Program-made: the position numbers and the translations under genes
In this document: positions 58,050-64,000 of the stretch, piece by piece
Layout of the letters: the number at the start of each line of letters is the position of its first letter
How positions within the stretch are numbered: the first letter of the stretch is position 1
Notes under the pieces: model-generated
The model's database searches: none
Seen by the model: only the letters and a program-made list of their open reading frames with translations
Told to the model about the DNA's origin: nothing
Assembly: GCA_002269645.1 (NCBI GenBank)
Contig: NIVC01000271.1
Location: 186,001-250,000, forward strand
DNA: 64,000 nt
DNA from: Macrostomum lignano
Taxonomy: Eukaryota
Direction of reading: 5' to 3'

Positions 58050-60439
58050 ATGGGCCAAGCAGCCACCCGTCAGGAGGCCTTCTGGGACAGCTGCAGCTAC
58101 GGTCGCGAGTGGAAAGTCCGCCAGATGCTGACCAGCGGCCGTATCGATGTGAACTGTATGAGTCATACTCACCAGTCCTGCCCTATTCACGTTGCCAGTC
58201 AGGGCAAGCCGGAAATTGTCCGACTGCTACTGGAAGCCGGTTGCCAAGTGGACGCCCTGGATGGCAAAGGCAATACGGCGCTGCATCAGGCGTCTATGAC
58301 TGGCCAAGAGGAAATTGTTCGTCTGCTACTAGAAGCCGGGGCTAATCCCAGCGCATCCAACGAGCGCGGTTGGACAGCTTTAATTATGGCCTGCTATTTC
58401 TGCCAGCCTAGCGTTGTACGCTGCCTGCTAGCCTCGCCTAGATGCGATTATCTGTTGCGCAATAGCGACGGCAGGAATTGCCTGCACGAGCTGTGCAGAG
58501 CGGCGCCGAAGAGTCAGATCTGTCAGAATGGCAAGCGGGTGAGCACGGCTAGTCTGGACCAATCACCACTGTATGCCGCTATGATTGCTCAGCTGCGTAG
58601 CGTTGAAGAGGAACTGCCTGCCGGATTGATGGCTGCGGATTGGCCAGTTGCCAATGGTGAGTTGGGGTCTCAATTCATGGGTGTGGGGAGGCGCCATACA
58701 CCAGCTTCATAGGTGTGGCTTCAAGGAGGCGCCATACCAGCTTCATGGGTGTGGCTTCAAAGAGGCGCTGTACTGCACCAGCTTCATGGGTGTGGCTTCA
58801 GGGAGGCGCCATACCAGCTTCATAGGTGTGGCTTCAGGGAGGCGCCATGCCAGCTTCATGGGTGTGGCTTCAGGGAGGCGCCATGCCAGCTTCATGGGTG
58901 TAGCTTCAGAGAGGCACTATACACCAACTTCATGGGTGTGGCTTCAGGGAGGCGCCATACTGCACCAGCTTCATGGGTGTGGCTTCAAAGAGGCGCTGTA
59001 CTGCACCAGCTTCATGGGTGTGGCTTCAGGGAGGCGCCATACCAGCTTCATAGGTGTGGCTTCAGGGAGGCGCCATGCCAGCTTCATGGGTGTGGCTTCA
59101 GGGAGGCGCCATACCAGCTTCATAGGTGTGGCTTCAGGGAGGCGCCATGCCAGCTTCATGGGTGTGGCTTCAGGGAGGCGCCATACCAGCTTCATGGGTG
59201 TAGCTTCAGGGAGGCGCCATACCAACTTAATGGGTGTGGCTTCAGGGAGGCGTCATAGCAGATTCAGGGACGCCACTCCATCTTCATTGGGTAGGTTCAG
59301 AGGGCGCCACGCCCCTCTCCTAGGCTACTTCAGTAGGCGCCACGCAATGCCCCAACTGCTCTCCCAGGCAAGCCAGCAGCCGCTGCAGCAGCTGATCGGC
59401 GCGCCCGGCGCCAGGCGCACCAGCCCGCATCAGCGCCGCTGGATCAGTCTCGTTTCGCCCGCGCCCTAGTGGACATTGCCGAGCAGCTGCTGGCACCCGG
59501 CGCCTGTCCCGGCCTCGGCATCGACGATCGCAGCCAGCCGCCAGAGTCCGGCGCTCGCGGCGAAGCCGACTTCACCCCGCTGATGTTTGCCGTTTATCAC
59601 GGACACCTGCCGCTGGCCAGGTGCCTGTTGGACCACGGCGCCGATGTTGGCGCCGCCGATATGTCAGGCTGGACGGCGCTGCACTGGGCCGTTAATCGGG
59701 AATTGAAGAGCATCGTTGAACTGCTGATTAGCTATGGAGCCAATCCTGAGCGAGAATCTCTGGTAACTTAGTTTAAGCTACTGTCTAATGGCGTCTATTT
59801 ATATTCATTGAAAAGTAATTCTGATAGCCAAATCTAAAACTTTGCATCTTTTCTTGAGCTAAGAAGTTTCTTTATACTCTACTTATAGTAGAAATTTCAG
59901 AATACTGAAATTAAAAAAAAATAGCTACTCTACTTATAGTAGAAATATAGGAAAGTAATATAATAAAGTATACTTTAGATAGAAGGCTTCTTAAACTAAA
60001 TTAGTTCGAACTTTTAACAGTTTTTCATCGATTTTTATTGGCTTCTAACTTTCTAAGCTATACTGAAACTGAATTAATTAATATCAATGGCAAATCTACT
60101 GCATGCAAAACGGCCCTTTTGGGGACTTAGCCAGCTCTATATTAAGCTCTAATTTTTCATAAATTTTGTCAGCGCGGCGAAACCCCGATGGATTTGGCTA
60201 GCGACGACCCGGAATTGCGTCTCCTCCTGGCTCCAATCTATCCCGAGATTATCTCTAACGGTCACGTGACCACCGACGATGAAGACGAGGAGGTTGACGA
60301 AGAGCGGCTGACAATCAATGAGACAACCGAGAATAGTCGGCTAGGCAGTGTAGAGCCCGCCAGTGACGGACAGGTCCAGCACGGAAATGACGATCGGGTT
60401 CAACGAATGCTGGCTAACGGAGAGGATTTGCATGACTAA
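58050..60439 (+). CDS. Ankyrin-repeat protein (~422 aa) with N-myristoylation motif
   Basis: Exons 58050-58656, 59368-59762 and 60173-60439, phases consistent. Ankyrin motifs CPIHVASQG, GNTALHQAS, GWTALIMAC, FTPLMFAVYHG, GWTALHWAV, GETPMDLA; N-terminus MGQAAT. Confidence 0.9.
58675..59260 (+). repeat. 36-bp minisatellite (atgggtgtggcttcagggaggcgccataccagcttc), ankyrin gene intron 1
   Basis: About 15 copies. Confidence 0.95.
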
Positions 60440-60539
60440 TTGGTTATAATTTAAGACGCTTCGCTGTTGAGGCTTTTTTGACAGCTTTTTGTGATTAAAA
60501 GTAGCATGATTACTAACTTAAGAGCCGTGTGGGCTCCAC

Positions 60540-60725
60540 CCCCAATGTACTTATGTTCTTTAGAACCCTGCCCCTGATGTACACGCGCTCTCTAGAACCC
60601 CTACCCCCAATGTACACACGCTCTCTAGATTCTAGAACCCCTACCCCCAATGTACACACGCTCTCTAGAGCCCCTACTCCCAATGTACACACGCTCTCTA
60701 GAACCCCTACTCCCAATGGACACGC
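60540..60725 (+). repeat. 33-bp minisatellite (tctagaacccctacccccaatgtacacacgctc), copy after the ankyrin stop
   Basis: Same family as 62935. Confidence 0.93.
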
Positions 60726-61797
60726 GCCTGCCTCAATCAAAGAAAATTACAGGCTTAATTTAGTTGAATTCTTTTGCGTATTATTGAAATTTATTTTTTC
60801 TTTTATTAGGAAGAACTATCATGAAGAAAAATGTGATCATAAAAACTGACTTGGCTTGAACTAATGGAATGTATTTATATATACTATCTACTATCAAATA
60901 TGCTTCTCTCTGCTGAATTATAACCTGCGACTCTGCTTTCGGACGGTTTTTGTCTACAATTATATAAATTATTATTACTACTGATGCCTAATTAAATTTG
61001 TTATACACAAATCGCTTTTAATTTGCTTTTATGTTGTTTTACTATTATGTACGAACTCTTATGCTTTATATATTGCATTATATTTGCTGGGTATTTAGAT
61101 TTGCTTATTGGCAATAGTGGCTCACTTTTGCATCTATTAATCAGCTGTGCAATAAAATTACAAAAGTCCATGGCCAACGCGTACTGGCGTTAATATTTAC
61201 GCAATGTAAATTTGTACTCTTTTTTGAAACGGAAGTTGTTTAATTTTATTATTTTTATTACTCTTAGTGGCATTTTTGTTATTCATATTCTGCTTCTGCG
61301 TATTTTGGCTTCTAGCTACTGACTCTACCTATGATTATCTATCTATCTGCCTGTGTTTTATTTGTATTAAACCCGACAATCGTAAGTTAAATGGATTATT
61401 TAATTGTTATTGTTTCTATATGCTGATTTTATTACTGTAAGTAGTCTGTATCATGCGCGATAATTCAAAAAATATTAACTATGGCTCTAATTGATTTATT
61501 ACTTGGATTTATGAATTTATGATAGACGCTTTATTATAATGAGAAAGATAAGAATACCTGATATATTATGCTCTGCGAGCGTTTATGAATTTATTATATG
61601 GATTGGATAGTGGAATGCTCTAATTTTGTGACTTTTTGCCGCCTTATTTATAAAACTCTGAGTTTGATAGATTGTTTTAAAGGTCTTTTTTCTAATTGGA
61701 CAAATAAATTTCTTTTTTTATTGTCACAGGGCGACTTTTTGTAACTGCAACTAACTGATTTGGCTTTATTGATTGGCAAGTGTCGTAAACTGGCCGG

Positions 61798-62260
61798 GAC
61801 ACAGACAGTTTGTGAGGACACCGACAGTTTGTGAGGACAGACAGTTTGTGAGGACACAGACAGTTTGTGAGGACACAGACAGTTTGTGAGGACACAGACA
61901 GTTTGTGAGGACACAGACAGGTTGTGATGAGGACACAGGCAGTTTGTTAGGACACAGACAGTTTGTGATAACACAGACAGTTTGTTAGGACACAGACAGT
62001 TTGTGATGACACAGACAGTTTGTGAGGACACAGACAGTTTGTGAGGACACAGACAGTTTGTGAGGACACAGACAGGTTGTGATGAGGACACAGACAGTTT
62101 GTGAGGACACAGACAGGTTGTGATGAGGACACAGACAGTTTGTTAGGACACAGACAGTTTGTTAGGACACAGACAGTTTGTGATGACACAGACAGTTTGT
62201 GAGGACACAGACAGTTTGTGAGGACACAGACATTTAGTGAAGACACAGACATTTAGTGCC
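61798..62260 (+). repeat. 19-bp minisatellite (gacacagacagtttgtgag)
   Basis: Ends 10 nt before acceptor-like aaacAG (62270). Confidence 0.95.
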
Positions 62261-62350
62261 AAATAAACAGGTTAAGACATTTTTCCAAGAAAACCACTCC
62301 CAAGCAAGCTGACTGCTTCAAACCACTTTGGCATCCCCTGCAGCTCCGCA

Positions 62351-63730
62351 ATGAACCCGATGGACGCCGCCGACCCGCTAACCCGGACTCTGCTCAGTCT
62401 GCAGTCAGCCATATCGGCGTCGACATCGGCTGCCGCTGCCGCCGCTTCAGAGCGTCGTCGACCTCGGAAGTCGGAACTGCACCCGACGGCCGCCCCCGCC
62501 TCCATGTCCATTGACGACCCATCTAACATGAGCGACTTTCATATGGGAGCTGCCGACTTTGACGACGTCATGTCGACGGCAGCCGCGTCCGCATCGGGCG
62601 AAGACGCCGCCGCTAGGCGTCACCTTAGCAACCAGTTGCTAAGCAGCGGCCGGATGAAGCAAACTGGCCGTTCGGTCGGCAAAAAGGCCGACGTTGTTCG
62701 AGCCAGCGATTTGATCGGCTTTAAAAAGTTCAGCGGCCACATGCTGTGGCTGAGGGTGCAGAAGGCCCGACTGGCCGAGGGCGGCGGTGGTGGCGACTTT
62801 GGCGCTGGTGGAGGCGGAGCGGCTTCCAGTGCGGACTTTGCCGCAGCTGGCGAAGAGCAGCAGGTCAGGCTGGAAAATCTAAAATTACCAGCGTGCCTCA
62901 TTAGGAATTCGCAGAAAATAATTTGTTATGTAAACCCTTGCCCCCAATGTACACTCACTCTCTATAACCCCTACCCCCAATGTACACTCACTCTCTAGAA
63001 CCCCTACCCCCAATGTACACACGCTCTCTAGAACCCCTGCCCCCAATGTACACACGCTCTCTAGAACCCCTACCCTCAATGTACACACGCTCTCTAGAAC
63101 CCCTGCCCCCAATGTACACACGCTCTCTAGAACCCCTACCCCCAATGCACACACGCTCTCTAGAATCCCTACCCTTAATGTACACACGCTCTCTAGAACC
63201 CCTGCCCCCAATGCACACACGCTCTCTAGAATCCCTACCCTTTATATACACACGCTCTCTAGAATCGCTACCCCTAATGTACGGTATAATCACTCTCTAG
63301 AACCCCTGCCCCAATGTACACACGCTCTCTAGAACCCCTACCCCCAATGTACACACGCTCTCTAGAACCCTTACCTAATGTATACGCTCTCAGGAAACCC
63401 TACCCCCAATGTACACGCTCTCAAGAACCTCTACCCCCCAATGTACGGTATACTCACTCTAAAACCCTAACCTCCAATGTACACGCTCTAACTTAAAATC
63501 CCTACCCCAATGCACACTCGCAGGTGGACAAGCGCAAGCTTCAGCAGCTGTGGCAGTACCTGCCAGAGAAAGAGAAGCGCCAATGGAACGTCAAGGCCAG
63601 CCGGCTGATGCGCCAGGCTGCTCGAATCGGCGCCAAAAGTTTCGGCGCCGACGCCAGTCCGCGCCAGCTGGCCGATCACCGCGCCGTGGAGGCCGTCAAA
63701 CGATTGGCTGGGGAGCGGCGCCGGCTTCAG
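62351..63730 (+). CDS. HMG-box protein, HMGXB4/HMG2L1-like (3' part beyond the window)
   Basis: Exons 62351-62863 and 63524-63730, then donor gtgtgt. [33 protein letters not shown] resembles the HMGXB4 box (KLAEVWKQLPEKDKLIWKQKA, from memory). Confidence 0.72.
62935..63515 (+). repeat. 33-bp minisatellite, HMG-box gene intron
   Basis: The last degenerate unit runs straight into acceptor 63523. Confidence 0.95.
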
Positions 63731-63749
63731 GTGTGTGCCATTTTGTTCC

Positions 63750-63876
63750 GTGTCTGTCTGCCTGCCTGTCCGCCTGTCTGCCTGTCTGTCTGTCTGTCTG
63801 TATGTTTGTCTGTCTGTCTGTCTGTCTGTCTGCCTGTCTGTCTGTTTGTCATTCTGTGTGTCTGTCTGTCTGTTTT

Positions 63877-63915
<39 letters not shown>

Positions 63916-64000
63916 GCCTGCCTGCCTGTCTGCCTATCTGCCTGTCTGTCTGTCTGCCTGTCTGTGTCTGTCTGTCTGTCTGTCTGTCTGCCTGTCTGTT
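63750..64000 (+). repeat. (TCTG)n/(CCTG)n microsatellite, HMG-box gene intron
   Basis: Starts ~20 nt after donor 63731. Confidence 0.96.

Overview
Eukaryotic (animal) nuclear DNA with spliceosomal GT-AG introns; no prokaryotic features. Ala/Gln-rich GC-rich exons, minisatellite-filled introns and splice acceptors just upstream of start codons suggest a free-living flatworm such as Macrostomum, but this is an impression and cannot be proven from the sequence. Seven protein-coding genes can be assembled by hand: Vps8 (12 exons, no ATG found), an Mpv17/PMP22-family gene (no own ATG), an MRCK/CDC42BP kinase, an orphan two-TM protein on the minus strand, a pyruvate-kinase homologue with a degenerate active site, an ankyrin-repeat protein with a myristoylation motif, and the 5' part of an HMGXB4-like HMG-box gene. 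Mobile DNA: a decayed mariner, a fold-back element, a hAT MITE with an 8-bp TSD, a PIF/Harbinger MITE with a TAA TSD, and two tRNA-derived SINE families, one with a MIR-like CORE domain. About 30 tandem arrays fill introns and spacers and explain most of the long repetitive ORFs in the track. Best leads: (1) an intact-looking pseudo-pyruvate kinase that keeps its FBP effector residues; (2) one or two genes whose initiator Met could come from a spliced-leader terminal AUG; (3) CpG-free kilobase domains with a young CpG-containing MITE as an internal control; (4) minisatellite families reused in the same orientation across unrelated introns and abutting splice sites.
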